A stretch of 64,000 nt of DNA, from contig OZ250164.1 in assembly GCA_965237865.1 (NCBI GenBank), forward strand, positions 240,048 through 304,047, written 5' to 3'. Numbering within the stretch: position 1 is the first letter of the stretch; every line of letters begins with the position of its first letter. Origin of the DNA: Dehalococcoidia bacterium (GTDB taxonomy: Bacteria; Chloroflexota; Dehalococcoidia; UBA2979). Positions 51,258 through 64,000 of the stretch are shown one piece after another. A program made the translations under genes and the position numbers. The notes below the pieces were generated by a model. The model was given only the letters and a program-made list of their open reading frames with translations. It did not search any database and was not told the origin of the DNA.

Positions 51258-52402
51258 GGATGATCTGAACAACTCGCCTGAGCGAGTGAGCGGATGCGAT
51301 CATGGGGCGCGGACCCGGAGAGGGGCGCCCCATGCAGCAGCGTTCGTTCGGCAGCGTCGAGTACGAGCACAAGAAGGTCAAGACGAGGCGGCAGACGTTC
51401 CTCGAGCGCATGGACAGGCTCGTCCCCTGGGCTGAGCTGGAGCAGCGCATCGCGCCCGTCTACCCGAAGCGCGGCCGCGGACGCCGCCCCTACGCGCTGC
51501 GCGTGATGCTGCGCATCCACTGCCTGCAGCTCTGGTTCAATCTCAGCGACCCCGGCATGGAGCAGGAACTCTACGACTCCCGTTCGATGCTCGAGTTCGC
51601 CGGTCTCAGCCTCTCCGAGCCGATTCCCGATGAGACGACGATCCTCCATTTCCGCCACCTGCTGGAGCGTCATCAGCTGGGAATGGCGCTGTTCGCGACG
51701 ATCAACGCGCACTTCGCAGCGCGCGGTCTGCAGGTGCGCGAGGGCACGATCGTGGACTCCACGATCATCAGCGCGCCGTCATCGACGAAGAACCGGGAGC
51801 GTGCGCGCGACCCCGAGATGCATCAGACCAGAAAGGGCCGGCAGTGGTACTTCGGGATGAAGCTGCACAGCGGCACGGATGCGCGGACGGGGCTGGTGCA
51901 CAGCGTGCACACGACGGCGGCGAACGTCTCCGACGTGACCGAGGCGCATCGCCTGTTGCACGGCGGTGAGAGCGCGGTGTGGGGCGATGCCGGCTACCAG
52001 GGAGCGGAGAAACGCCCGGAGCACGCGGGTTCGGGGGTGAGTTGGCAGGTGGCGCTGCGCCCGGGTCTCAGGCGGAGCGGCGGAAGGCCTCGGTGCGTGC
52101 GAAGGCTGAGCATCCGTTTCTCTACGTGAAGCGGCACTTCGGGTACGCGAAGGTGCGCTACCGGGGTCTTGAGAAGAACCGCCAGCGTCTCGCGCTGCTG
52201 CTCGGCTTCGCGAACCTGTTGCGAGCGGCGCCTCAGCTCGCGTGATCGCGGGAGCCGTGCGTCCGGAATCGCTCCTGCGGGCGATTGCGGAGCGACATGG
52301 AGGCGAGACCACCCCTGGACCGCGGTATCGGGCCCCTACAGCGCGGCTCGGCACGCTGATCGATACGCACCGCGCCCGACACGCGAGTTGTTCAGACCAT
52401 CC
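51258..52402 (+). mobile_element. IS5-family insertion sequence
   Basis: 20-bp terminal inverted repeats GGATG(A/G)TCTGAACAACTCGC; CTAG target duplication at 51254-57 and 52403-06. Confidence 0.95.
51332..52245 (+). pseudogene. IS5 transposase, frameshifted near 52070
   Basis: IPDETTILHFR, IVDSTII, WYFGMKLH, GDAGYQG. The C-terminal KASVRAKAEHPF...KVRYRGL is in another frame. Confidence 0.88.
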
Positions 52403-53379
52403 CTAGCGGAAAGCGGCGAGGCCATGTGTTGGGACGAGGAACTACTCGTCACGCAGCAGCCCGAGCCGCCACCGGGCCGCTATGTCGCCCTGAGCAACGG
52501 GCCCTCGCACACCTGCGCGCTCACTGAGGCCGGCGAGGTGGTCTGCTGGGGCTGGAACAACTACGGACAGATCGATGTGCAGCCGGGCCGCTACAGCGCC
52601 GTGAGCGCGGGCGACCTCCACACATGCGTCCTCACCGAGGCCGGGGAGGCAGCCTGTTGGGGGCTGGGTTATTCGTACGGGGACTACCCTCGCGGACCGT
52701 ACGTCGCGATTAGCGCTGGCTACTACAACACGTGCGCGCTGACAGAGGCCGGTGAGGCGGTGTGTTGGTCCGGTCTAGAGGAGGGGTTTGCGCTCGACCC
52801 GCCAGCGGGACGATTCGCGGCGATCAGTACTGGCTGGAGCCCCTTCGCCTGCGCGCTGACTGAAGGCGGTGAGGTTGTGTGCTGGGGGCACGACTCGCAC
52901 GGGGAAACGGACGTGCCGCCACGCACCTACCAGTCCGTCAGCGCGGGCAGAGCCGTGACCTGCGCGCTCACCGACGCCGGCGAACCCTCGTGTTGGGGAG
53001 ACCTGGGGCTGTGGAGCTACCTCAACGAAGATCCCCCGTCCGGCAACTACGAAGCGATCGGCACGGGAGGAGGTGTCGGCTGTGTCCTGACCGACGAAGG
53101 TGAGGCGACGTGCTGGGGTTCGTTCCAGCTCCTCAAGGATGGGCGGGACTACGGAAGCGTGGAAGCCCCAGCCGGCCGCTACACCGCGATCAGCACTAGC
53201 ACATATCGCGTGTGTGCACTCACCGAGGCAGGGGAGGTCCGGGGTGTGAATCGCCAGGATCTATTTACCACCAAACGGCGAGATCGCCAGGGTCTTTTGA
53301 CCACTTCGCCAGGGTCTATTGACCACCCGGGCCGCCGGTACGGCCAGCATCGTCTGCATCCCCAGGGAAGGGAGCAGCG

Positions 53380-54960
53380 ATGGCCTACCGGGAGGTGCAT
53401 TGCGTGGAGATCAGGGAAGTCATCCGCCGCTGGCAGGCGGGACTCAGCCAGCGCCGGATCGCTGGCGGCACGGGAGTGTCGCGGCCGACGGTGCGGCGCT
53501 ACATCGAGGCGGCGGAGGCGGCCGGGCTTGAGCCCGGCGGTCCCGAGCCGAGTGAGGAGCAGCTCGCCCGCCTGGCGACGCTGAGCCGGACCGGGCCGCG
53601 GCAGGCGGAGGCGCCGAGCGAGCAGCTGCTGGCGCCGTGGGCGGAGCAGATCGAGGGCTGGCTGACGGCCGAGCGCCTGCAGGTGACGCGGGTCCAGGAG
53701 CTGCTGGCCGAGCGCGGCTGCGAGGTCTCGTACAGCTCGCTGCGGCGCTTCATCCGGCGCCGCGGCTGGCGCCAGCGGCAGCCTGTGACCGTGCGCATGG
53801 AGGACGGGCCGCCGGGCGAGGTCGCCGAGATGGACTTCGGCCGGCTCGGCCTGGTCACGGATCCCGAGAGCGGCCGCCGGCGCACGGTGTGGGCGCTGAT
53901 CGTGGTCTGGCGCTACTCGCGGCACTGCTTCGTCTGGCCCACCACCAGCCAGCAGCTGGGGGCGGTGATCGAGGGCCTGGAGGCGGCCTGGGCCTGTTTC
54001 GGGGGCGTGCCCCGCTACCTCGTCATCGATAACTTCCCGGCCGCCGTGGCCGGGGCCGACGCGCTGCACCCGCGCTTCACGCGGGGCTTCCTGGAGTACG
54101 CCCGCCACCGCGGCTTCATCAGCGACCCCGCACGCGTGCGCCGGCCCCGCGACAAGCCGCGCGTCGAGCGCAGCGTCCCGTACGTGCGCGAGCGCTTCTT
54201 CAAGGGTGCCCAGTTCCGGGACCTCGCCGAGATGCGCTCCGTCGCCCGGCGCTGGTGCCTGGAGGTGGCGGGGCAGCGCATCCACGGCACGACCCGCAGG
54301 CGCCCGCTCGAGGTCTTCCAGGAGGAGGAGCGCCCGCTGCTCGCCCCGTGGGACGGGGAACCGTACGAGCTGCCCGACTGGCGTACGGCGACGGTCCACG
54401 CAGACCACCACGTCGCCTGCCAGTACGCACTCTATTCGGTGCCGTCGGAGCTCTGCCCGCCGGGGCAGAAGGTGGAGGTGCAACTCGGCGCGAAGCTGGT
54501 GCGCATCTACCACCGCGGCGCGCTGCTCAAGGTCCATCCGCGCCAGCAGCGCGGCGGCCGGGCCACCGACCCGAACGACTACCCGGCAGAGCTCAGCCCC
54601 TACACGCGGCGTGCGCCCGAGCAGATCCAGCGGCGCGCGGCCGAGCTGGGCGAGGCCGTGGGCAGCTACGCCGAGCGGCTCTTCGAGGGACCCCTGCCCT
54701 GGGCGAAGCTCCGGCAGGGCCACAAGCTGCTGCGGCTCGCGGAGCGCTACTCCCCCGCCCGCCTCGATGCCGCCTGCCTGCGGGCGCTCGAGGTCGAGCT
54801 GATCGACGTGCGCCGGCTCGAGCGCATCCTCGTCGAGGCCCTCGAGCAGGAGACCACCCCGCAGCAGCCGCCCGGGCCCCCGCCGCCGGGCCGCTTCGCC
54901 CGCCCCGGCGCCGTCTTCGCACTGACCGCCACGCAGACCACGACAGGAGCGTCACGATGA
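53380..54960 (+). CDS. istA: IS21 transposase IstA
   Basis: N-terminal HTH, EMDFG, VIDN, KPRVERSV, HGTT. Confidence 0.95.
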   Translation: MAYREVHCVEIREVIRRWQAGLSQRRIAGGTGVSRPTVRRYIEAAEAAGLEPGGPEPSEEQLARLATLSRTGPRQAEAPSEQLLAPWAEQIEGWLTAERLQVTRVQELLAERGCEVSYSSLRRFIRRRGWRQRQPVTVRMEDGPPGEVAEMDFGRLGLVTDPESGRRRTVWALIVVWRYSRHCFVWPTTSQQLGAVIEGLEAAWACFGGVPRYLVIDNFPAAVAGADALHPRFTRGFLEYARHRGFISDPARVRRPRDKPRVERSVPYVRERFFKGAQFRDLAEMRSVARRWCLEVAGQRIHGTTRRRPLEVFQEEERPLLAPWDGEPYELPDWRTATVHADHHVACQYALYSVPSELCPPGQKVEVQLGAKLVRIYHRGALLKVHPRQQRGGRATDPNDYPAELSPYTRRAPEQIQRRAAELGEAVGSYAERLFEGPLPWAKLRQGHKLLRLAERYSPARLDAACLRALEVELIDVRRLERILVEALEQETTPQQPPGPPPPGRFARPGAVFALTATQTTTGASR

Positions 54961-55730
54961 CCGCCACGACCGCCGAACTCCGACCGCTGCTCAAGCGCCT
55001 CAAGCTGGGCCCGATGCTCGACACCCTGCCCGAGCGCATCGCTCTCGCGAGGCGCGACGGGCTCGACTACGCCGACTTCCTGCAGATCGTCCTCGCCGGC
55101 GAGGTGAGCCGCCGCGACCACGGGCGGCTGGAACTGCGCCTCCGCCAGGCCGGCTTCGAGCAGCTCTGCAGGCTCGAGGACTTCGACTGGTCGGCACAGG
55201 TCCGCCTCGACCGCAGGCTGCTCGACGCCGCCTGCTCGCTGCGCTTCCTCGACCGCCGCGAGCACGTCCTGCTCGTCGGCCCCGTCGGCGTCGGCAAGAG
55301 CTTCCTCGCCCAGGCGCTCGGCTACGCCGCCGTCCGCTCCGGGCACAGCGTCCGCTTCGTGACTGCCGACCAGTACTTCCGCGAGCTGGCGCAGGCCCGG
55401 GCCGACCACTCCACCGAGAAGACGTTCCGCGCCTTCCTCGCCCCCGACCTGCTGATCCTCGACGACCTCGGGCTCCACCGGCTCAGCGCACAGCAGTCGA
55501 TCGACCTCTACGAGCTGGTCATCGGCCGCCACCGCAGCTCCAGCTTCGTCATCACCTCCAACCGCGCCGTCGAGGAGTGGCTCGGCCTCTTCGACGACCC
55601 GATCCTCGGCAACAGCGCCCTCGACCGGCTCGCCAACGCCAGCTACCAGATCGTGATCGAGGGCGAGAGCTACCGCCAGCGACTCTCGCCGCACCGCGCC
55701 CTGCTCGAGCGGCCGCAAGGAGGTGATTGA
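54957..55730 (+). CDS. istB: IS21 ATPase IstB
   Basis: GPVGVGKS, LLILDDLG, ITSN, ALDRL, GESYR; ATGA overlap. Confidence 0.96.
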   Translation: MTATTAELRPLLKRLKLGPMLDTLPERIALARRDGLDYADFLQIVLAGEVSRRDHGRLELRLRQAGFEQLCRLEDFDWSAQVRLDRRLLDAACSLRFLDRREHVLLVGPVGVGKSFLAQALGYAAVRSGHSVRFVTADQYFRELAQARADHSTEKTFRAFLAPDLLILDDLGLHRLSAQQSIDLYELVIGRHRSSSFVITSNRAVEEWLGLFDDPILGNSALDRLANASYQIVIEGESYRQRLSPHRALLERPQGGD

Positions 55731-55988
55731 CGACACAGACAGGCACTGATATCAAGCCGCGTACCGGCTGCCCAGGGTGGTCAAATGACTCTGGCGACGA
55801 CTGGTAAGAAGACCCTGGCGATCGACACGGTGTTGGGGTGACACGTCCTTCGAGGAGTGGCCCGGGACGTATATCGGGTATCAGTACGATAGCTGGTAGG
55901 CGAGCGTTCACGCGTTGCCCGCCATATGGGGTCGACGATCACAACCGCTCACTTGCCTGATCGGTATCGCCGTGGCTAGCATGCGGCC

Positions 55989-56648
55989 GTGGCTGCCGTA
56001 CTCGTCCGTCCGCGCCGCACCTCCAAGCCCACGTGGCAGGTTGAGAACGCGCTCTGGCGCGAGGGCTGCCTGCGTGTCGCCGGCGTCGACGAGGTCGGCC
56101 GCGGGCCGCTCGCCGGGCCGGTCGTCGCCGGCGCCGTCGTGCTGCGCTACTCGCGCGCCGGCTGGGTGCGGCGGCTGCGCGACTCCAAGCTGCTCGACGC
56201 CGCCTCCCGTGAGGAACTCGCCGCCCGGATCCGCCGCCACTGCGACTACGGCATCGGCGTCGTCTCCTCGCACGTCATCGACCAGCTCGGCATGACCGCC
56301 GCGACCCGGCTGGCGATGCGCCGCGCCGTCGAGCAGCTGGACCGCGCGCCGGACGCGCTGATCGTCGACGGCCGCGAGGTCGTCGAGTGCGCGACGAGGC
56401 AGCACGCGGTGATCGGCGGCGACGCGCTCTGCCCCTCGGTGGCCGCGGCGAGCATCGTCGCGAAGGTCGCGCGCGACGCGATGATGGACCGCCTCGACGC
56501 TCGCTTTCCCGGCTACGGCTTCGCGCGCAACAAGGGCTACGCCACCGCCGAGCACCGCGAGGCGCTGCGCCGCCTCGGGCACTCCAGCGTGCACCGCCTG
56601 CTCTTCGCCCCGGTGCGCGAGGTGCTGGCGCACAGCTCGCCACGGTGA
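55989..56648 (+). CDS. rnhB: Ribonuclease HII
   Basis: GVDEVGRGPLAGPV, DSK, AASIVAKVARD, NKGY. Confidence 0.96.
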   Translation: MAAVLVRPRRTSKPTWQVENALWREGCLRVAGVDEVGRGPLAGPVVAGAVVLRYSRAGWVRRLRDSKLLDAASREELAARIRRHCDYGIGVVSSHVIDQLGMTAATRLAMRRAVEQLDRAPDALIVDGREVVECATRQHAVIGGDALCPSVAAASIVAKVARDAMMDRLDARFPGYGFARNKGYATAEHREALRRLGHSSVHRLLFAPVREVLAHSSPR

Positions 56649-57013
56649 CGAGAGTGACCGACCGGCTGGGGCGCTCCGGCGAGCGCCTGGCCGCCGACTA
56701 CCTGAGCGCGCGCGGCTACCGGCTGGTGGCGCGCAACGTGCGCCGCCGCGAGGGCGAGGTCGATCTGATCGCGCTGCACGGCGGCACGCTGGTCTTCGTC
56801 GAGGTGAAGCTGCGGCGGCCCCGCCAGGCGGGACGCGCCATCGAGGCGCTGAGTGCGCGCAAGCAGCGTCGTCTGCGCGAGCTGGCGGCGGCCTACGGCT
56901 CGGAGCACCCGGATCTGCCCGCCGACCAGCGCATCGATCTCGTGGCGATCGATCTCGCGGCGGACGGCTCGGTCGCCTCGTTCCAGCACATCCGCAGCGC
57001 CGTCGAGGGCTGA
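56645..57013 (+). CDS. YraN-family (UPF0102) protein
   Basis: GERLAADYL...GEVDLIA...VFVEVK. Confidence 0.92.
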   Translation: MTRVTDRLGRSGERLAADYLSARGYRLVARNVRRREGEVDLIALHGGTLVFVEVKLRRPRQAGRAIEALSARKQRRLRELAAAYGSEHPDLPADQRIDLVAIDLAADGSVASFQHIRSAVEG

Positions 57014-57046
57014 GGCGGGGGCTCGGCGAGGGCCCGCGCAGCCTGT

Positions 57047-57268
57047 TCAGCGGTCCCGCAGGATGGCCGTGATCTCCTGCTCGCTGACGCGCTCAGTCGC
57101 CAGCCCTTCCTCGATGGCGCGCGCGAGGGCGGCGTCCTCCGCCTCCTCGGTGGGGTGTACTTGCTCGTCAACGGTCACGGATACCTCCGCGCCCTCCTCG
57201 AGGCCGAGGGGCTCCAGGGGCTCGAGCTTGCCGCCCGTGAACCTCGCTCTGACGCTCTGGAGCCCCAT
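57047..57268 (-). CDS. AF2212/DUF104-like antitoxin-family protein
   Basis: VRARFTGGKLEPLEPLGLEEGAEVSVTV; GGGGAGG RBS. Confidence 0.7.
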   Translation of the reverse strand: MGLQSVRARFTGGKLEPLEPLGLEEGAEVSVTVDEQVHPTEEAEDAALARAIEEGLATERVSEQEITAILRDR

Positions 57269-57379
57269 GATCGCCTCCCCGGCTGTGCGCCCATCATCGC
57301 ATCGCGGTCGCGCGCGTTGGCGCGCGCCACCGACCGCCACTGTTGCGGCGACGGCGCGGCGCGCTACACTTTCAGTATC

Positions 57380-57784
57380 ATGCCGATCTACCAATACGAC
57401 TGCGCAGACTGCGAGCAGTCCGTCGAGCTCTTCTTTCGCTCCGTCTCGGCGGCCCAGGATCCGGCGTGCCCGGAGTGCGGCGGCACGCAACTCACCCGCC
57501 TCATGTCCGCCTTCGCCCGCGTGCGCAGCGACGCGCAGCGTCTCGCCGATGTCGACTTCACCGAGCACGAGGCCGCCCTCGAACGCGGTGACGAGCGCGG
57601 CTTCGCGAGGTGGGCGCGCGAGGCCAGCGCCGAGTACGACGAGGTGCTCGGCTCCAACTACCGCGAGCTCGCCGAGAAGGCCGAGGCCGGGGAGGACCCC
57701 GTCGAGCGGATCGACGCTGGCTACTCCTTCCGCCACAGGGTGGCGGAGGCGAAGGCGAAGAAGAGCCTCGGGAACCCGGACTAG
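57380..57784 (+). CDS. FmdB-family zinc ribbon protein
   Basis: MPIYQYDCADC...CPECG...LTRLMS. Confidence 0.88.
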   Translation: MPIYQYDCADCEQSVELFFRSVSAAQDPACPECGGTQLTRLMSAFARVRSDAQRLADVDFTEHEAALERGDERGFARWAREASAEYDEVLGSNYRELAEKAEAGEDPVERIDAGYSFRHRVAEAKAKKSLGNPD

Positions 57785-57788
57785 CCGC

Positions 57789-58139
57789 CTGCCGATCTAC
57801 GAGTACCGCTGCGAGGAGTGCGAGCGCCTGACCAGCCTCTTCGTGCGCTCGATGCGCACCGACCCGTCGGCGCCGGACTGCGAGCACTGCGGCTCCAGCC
57901 GCACCACGCGCCAGATCTCCTCGGTCGCCCGCCTCAAGACGGACAAGGACGTGATCGACGAGTACGGCGCACCCGGCCCTGGCGGCCGTCCCGAGGACCA
58001 GTACCGCGACCCGCGCCAGATCGGACGCTGGGTGGAGCAGCGCTTCGAGGAGTACGGGATGGAGTTGCCCGACGAAACCCGCGAGATGATCGATGCCGCC
58101 CGCGAGGGCGAGCTGCCCGGCTCCGTGCAGGACGCCTGA
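57789..58139 (+). CDS. FmdB-family zinc ribbon protein, CTG start
   Basis: CTG-PIYEYRCEEC...CEHCGS...RQIS. Confidence 0.85.
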   Translation: MPIYEYRCEECERLTSLFVRSMRTDPSAPDCEHCGSSRTTRQISSVARLKTDKDVIDEYGAPGPGGRPEDQYRDPRQIGRWVEQRFEEYGMELPDETREMIDAAREGELPGSVQDA

Positions 58140-58144
58140 GCGCC

Positions 58145-58822
58145 ATGTCCGACGACGAAACCGCGTTCAGCGCCGAACTGGCGCGCGCCGTCGAGGACGT
58201 CCGCGCGGACCTCGAGGCGATGAACGGCGCGCGCGAGGCGGCGCTGCCGCTCTGCCGCGGCGCGGTCCGCTCCTCGGCAAACTGCATCCGCGCCGTGCAT
58301 CGCGGCGATACGGAAACCGCCGCACGCCTGCTCGCCGAGGCGCGCTCCGCCCTTGCGGAGGCCGCGACGGCGACGACCGGCTTCCCGCAGATCGCCCACG
58401 CGGGCTTCGTCCACGACGCGCAAAAGGAGTACGCCGAGGCGGCGATCACGCTCGCGCTGATCGCCGGCGGTCCGCTGCCCACGCCGCAATCGCTCGGCGT
58501 GCGCGGCGTGTCCTACCTGCACGGTGTGGCCGAGGCGATCGGCGAGCTGCGCCGCCACGTGCTGGACTCGCTGCGCGCGGACGCCCTCGATCGCTGCGAG
58601 GCGATGCTGGAGCGGATGGACGAGATGCAGTCGGTGCTGGTGACGATCGACTACCCGGACGCGATGACCTCCAACCTGCGCCGCGCCACGGACGTGACGC
58701 GCGGCATCATCGAGCGCACGCGCGGCGACCTCACGCTGGCGGCGCAGCAGCACCGGCTCGCAAGCCGCCTCGATGCCTTCGAGGCGCGCGGCGCGGGCGG
58801 GGGAGCGGGCGGCTCGCCCTAG
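58145..58822 (+). CDS. Translin/Trax-family (C3PO-like) protein
   Basis: AREAAL...IRAVHRGD...AQKEYAEA...YLHGVAEAIGELRR...LRRATDVTRGIIERT. Confidence 0.8.
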   Translation: MSDDETAFSAELARAVEDVRADLEAMNGAREAALPLCRGAVRSSANCIRAVHRGDTETAARLLAEARSALAEAATATTGFPQIAHAGFVHDAQKEYAEAAITLALIAGGPLPTPQSLGVRGVSYLHGVAEAIGELRRHVLDSLRADALDRCEAMLERMDEMQSVLVTIDYPDAMTSNLRRATDVTRGIIERTRGDLTLAAQQHRLASRLDAFEARGAGGGAGGSP

Positions 58823-58990
58823 GGGCTGACCTGGGACGGGCGAGTCTGCCCGGCGCCCTCGGCCCTGGCTATTGCATAGGCGCCATCGCGCCTTATCAGA
58901 CCTGTGCTATTATTTCAGTGCGTAGCGCGTGCGTCGCGTGTGCGTGAACATGCCCGCTGGCGGACTCGTTGCGCATTGAGTGGAGGCGAC

Positions 58991-61066
<2,076 letters not shown>

Positions 61067-61290
61067 TCGAAGCGGTGGGGTGACGGAACAGGCGGGGGTG
61101 TGATGGGAGAGGCACGGTGCCTCCCAGGCTGACCGTCCCATGACCCGCACCGCCGGGGTCTCCCGGCCCGGCGGTGACACCTCGCACGCGCAAGGGGGAG
61201 CGCGGTCGCGACTGAAGCCGGTAGCCTCGTCGGCTGCCCGATCGCGTCCGGTGAGTTGTGCGTTCGCACACGCTGCGCTCGGCGATCGCC

Positions 61291-62263
<973 letters not shown>

Positions 62264-62383
62264 CGCGCCATCACCGACGCGAACAGCCGGCGGCTTGTCG
62301 TTTGAGGGCAGTGCGGGGCGGTGCTACGCTCCCCTGCGTCCAACAGCGCCAGCCCGGCACTCGACGTAACGAGGAGTCACCGC

Positions 62384-63757
62384 GTGACCGAGGCCACCCT
62401 CGACGCCTCCGCAGCCGCCCCGGTAGAGCTTGAGACGCTGGTCTCGCTCGCCAAGCGCCGCGGCTTCGTCTTCCCTTCGGCAGAGATCTACGGCGGCTTC
62501 GCCTCCACCTACGACTACGGCCCGCTCGGCGTCGAGATGAAGCGCAACATCCGCGACCACTGGTGGCGGCGGATGGTCCAGGAGCGCACCGACATCGTCG
62601 GCATCGAGGCGGCGATGATCACCAACCCGAAGGTCTGGCAGGCGTCCGGTCACGTCGACAGCTTCGCCGACCCCCTCGTCGACTGCCTCGCCTGCCGCGC
62701 CCGCGTGCGCGCGGACCACATCGAGGACAACGCCTGTCCCTCGTGCGGCGAGGTCGGGCGGTTCACGGAGGAGCGGCAGTTCAACCTGCTCTTCCGCACC
62801 TTCGTGGGGCCGGTGCAGGACGACGCCTCGGTGGCCTACCTGCGGCCCGAGACGGCGCAGGGCATGTTCGTCAACTTCGAACAGGTGCAGCAGTCAACCC
62901 GGAGACGGCTGCCGTTCGGTATCGCGCAGATCGGCAAGTCGTTCCGCAACGAGATCACCACCGGGCACTTCACCTTCCGCATGCTCGAATTCGAGCAGAT
63001 GGAGATGGAGTTCTTCTGCGACCCGGCGGACTCGATGGAGTGGCACGAGTACTGGAAGCAGGAGCGGCTGCGCTGGTACTACTCGATCGGCGTGCGCCCG
63101 GAGCGGCTGCGGCTGCGCGATCACACTGCCGAGGAGCTCTCGCACTACTCGCGCGGCACGTCCGACATCGAGTACCTCTACCCCTGGGGCTGGGGCGAGC
63201 TTGAGGGCATCGCGCATCGCGGCGACTTCGACCTGAGTGCGCACGCGAGCGCCTCGGGCAAGTCGCTGACCTACTTCGACCAGGAGCGCGGCGAGCACAT
63301 CGTCCCGCACGTCGTCGAGCCGGCGGCGGGCGTCGATCGCATCCTGCTCACGCTGCTCGTGGACGCCTACGACGAGGAAGTGGATGCGCGCGGCGAGAAG
63401 CGCGTGCTGCTGCGGCTGGCGCCCGATGTCGCGCCGACGACCGTCGCGGTGCTGCCGCTCTCGCGCAACGAGCGGCTGGTTCCGACGGCGCGCCGCGTCT
63501 GGGAGCTGCTGCGCCCGCACTTCCGCACCCAGTACGATGACTCGCAGTCCATCGGCCGCCGCTACCGGCGGCAGGACGAGGTCGGCACGCCGCTCTGCGT
63601 GACGGTCGATTTCGAGACATTGGACGACGAGGCGGTTACTATCCGGGAACGCGATACGATGTCGCAGATTCGCGTGCCCCTCGATGGCGTCGTCGAGGCG
63701 CTGCGCGAGCGGATCGAGGCGCTGCGGCCGGTAGTGCAGGAGGCGGGGGACGAGTGA
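62384..63757 (+). CDS. glyQS: Glycine--tRNA ligase, alpha2 type
   Basis: [53 protein letters not shown]. Confidence 0.96.
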   Translation: MTEATLDASAAAPVELETLVSLAKRRGFVFPSAEIYGGFASTYDYGPLGVEMKRNIRDHWWRRMVQERTDIVGIEAAMITNPKVWQASGHVDSFADPLVDCLACRARVRADHIEDNACPSCGEVGRFTEERQFNLLFRTFVGPVQDDASVAYLRPETAQGMFVNFEQVQQSTRRRLPFGIAQIGKSFRNEITTGHFTFRMLEFEQMEMEFFCDPADSMEWHEYWKQERLRWYYSIGVRPERLRLRDHTAEELSHYSRGTSDIEYLYPWGWGELEGIAHRGDFDLSAHASASGKSLTYFDQERGEHIVPHVVEPAAGVDRILLTLLVDAYDEEVDARGEKRVLLRLAPDVAPTTVAVLPLSRNERLVPTARRVWELLRPHFRTQYDDSQSIGRRYRRQDEVGTPLCVTVDFETLDDEAVTIRERDTMSQIRVPLDGVVEALRERIEALRPVVQEAGDE

Positions 63758-64000
63758 GCGACCAGCAGGGCCGGACCGAGCTGAAGTTCCTGCACACCTC
63801 GGATGTGCACCTCGGGGCCTACGATCACAGCGGGGCCGAGCGAACGATGCAGCGCCGGCAGGAGATGCACGACACCTTCCGCTCGGTGATCGACCTGTCG
63901 ATCACGGAGCGCGTCGACTTCATGGTGATCGCCGGCGACTTCTTCGACAACGCCCGCGTCCAGGAGGACACGATGCAGTTCGCCGGCGAGCAGCTGGCGC
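63754..64000 (+). CDS. SbcD/Mre11-family metallophosphoesterase (partial, 3' end outside window)
   Basis: GTGA overlap; [11 protein letters not shown]...IAGDFFD. Confidence 0.85.
   Translation, partial: MSDQQGRTELKFLHTSDVHLGAYDHSGAERTMQRRQEMHDTFRSVIDLSITERVDFMVIAGDFFDNARVQEDTMQFAGEQLA

Larger units (their letters stand above)
53245..55827 (+). mobile_element. IS21-family insertion sequence
   Basis: TG...CA ends, IRs TGTGAATCGCCAGG / TGTCGATCGCCAGG, multiple subterminal TCGCCAGGGTC..TTGACCAC repeats, flanks CGGGG/CGGTG. Confidence 0.93.
49982..55899 (+). pseudogene. RCC1-like repeat lipoprotein interrupted by an IS5 and an IS21
   Basis: Lipobox LAC, PT-rich stalk, many CALTEAGE.VCWG repeats. 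Removing both IS rejoins the frame (CAL|AESGEAMCW and GEV|RCWGDT...YDSW*). Confidence 0.88.

Noticed and set aside
49982-55899. RCC1-like gene as a diversity-generating retroelement target
   Set aside because: No reverse transcriptase or template/variable repeat pair with adenine-specific differences is visible.
61067-61290. GC-rich hairpins after hppA as an ncRNA
   Set aside because: Such hairpins are expected at this GC content, and no recognisable motif is present.

Overview
This is a very high-GC bacterial chromosome segment. The 16S signatures and gene content point to Chloroflexota, probably Dehalococcoidia-like (inference). It is mostly housekeeping: a methylmalonyl-CoA mutase cluster, tilS, an rRNA locus (16S-tRNAIle-tRNAAla-23S, then tRNA-fMet, then a detached 5S), rpsA, clpC, mreB-mreC-(mreD)-mrdA-rodA, ligA, hisHAFI, rplU-rpmA-rpmE, ftsH, rnhB-yraN, hppA, glyQS and a partial sbcD-like gene. 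The most notable items are: (1) a TusA + DsrE + TusA::MetE-core fusion cluster beside an NCS2 permease fused to a degenerate RsbW/HATPase-like domain; (2) a divergent dnaE2 / imuB + stand-alone ImuB-C cassette driven by a perfect 42-bp palindrome with one central LexA box and mirror-image extended -10 boxes; (3) a 5S rRNA with its own promoter; (4) an RCC1-like lipoprotein gene interrupted by both an IS5 and an IS21; (5) an FmdB-FmdB-translin operon; (6) repeated CTG/ATC start codons and leaderless genes; (7) an MFS islet between diverged 89-bp direct repeats next to tRNA-Val; (8) several frameshifts that may be real decay or assembly errors. No CRISPR array, prophage or reverse transcriptase was seen. 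All calls come from motif recognition by eye, with no database searches.
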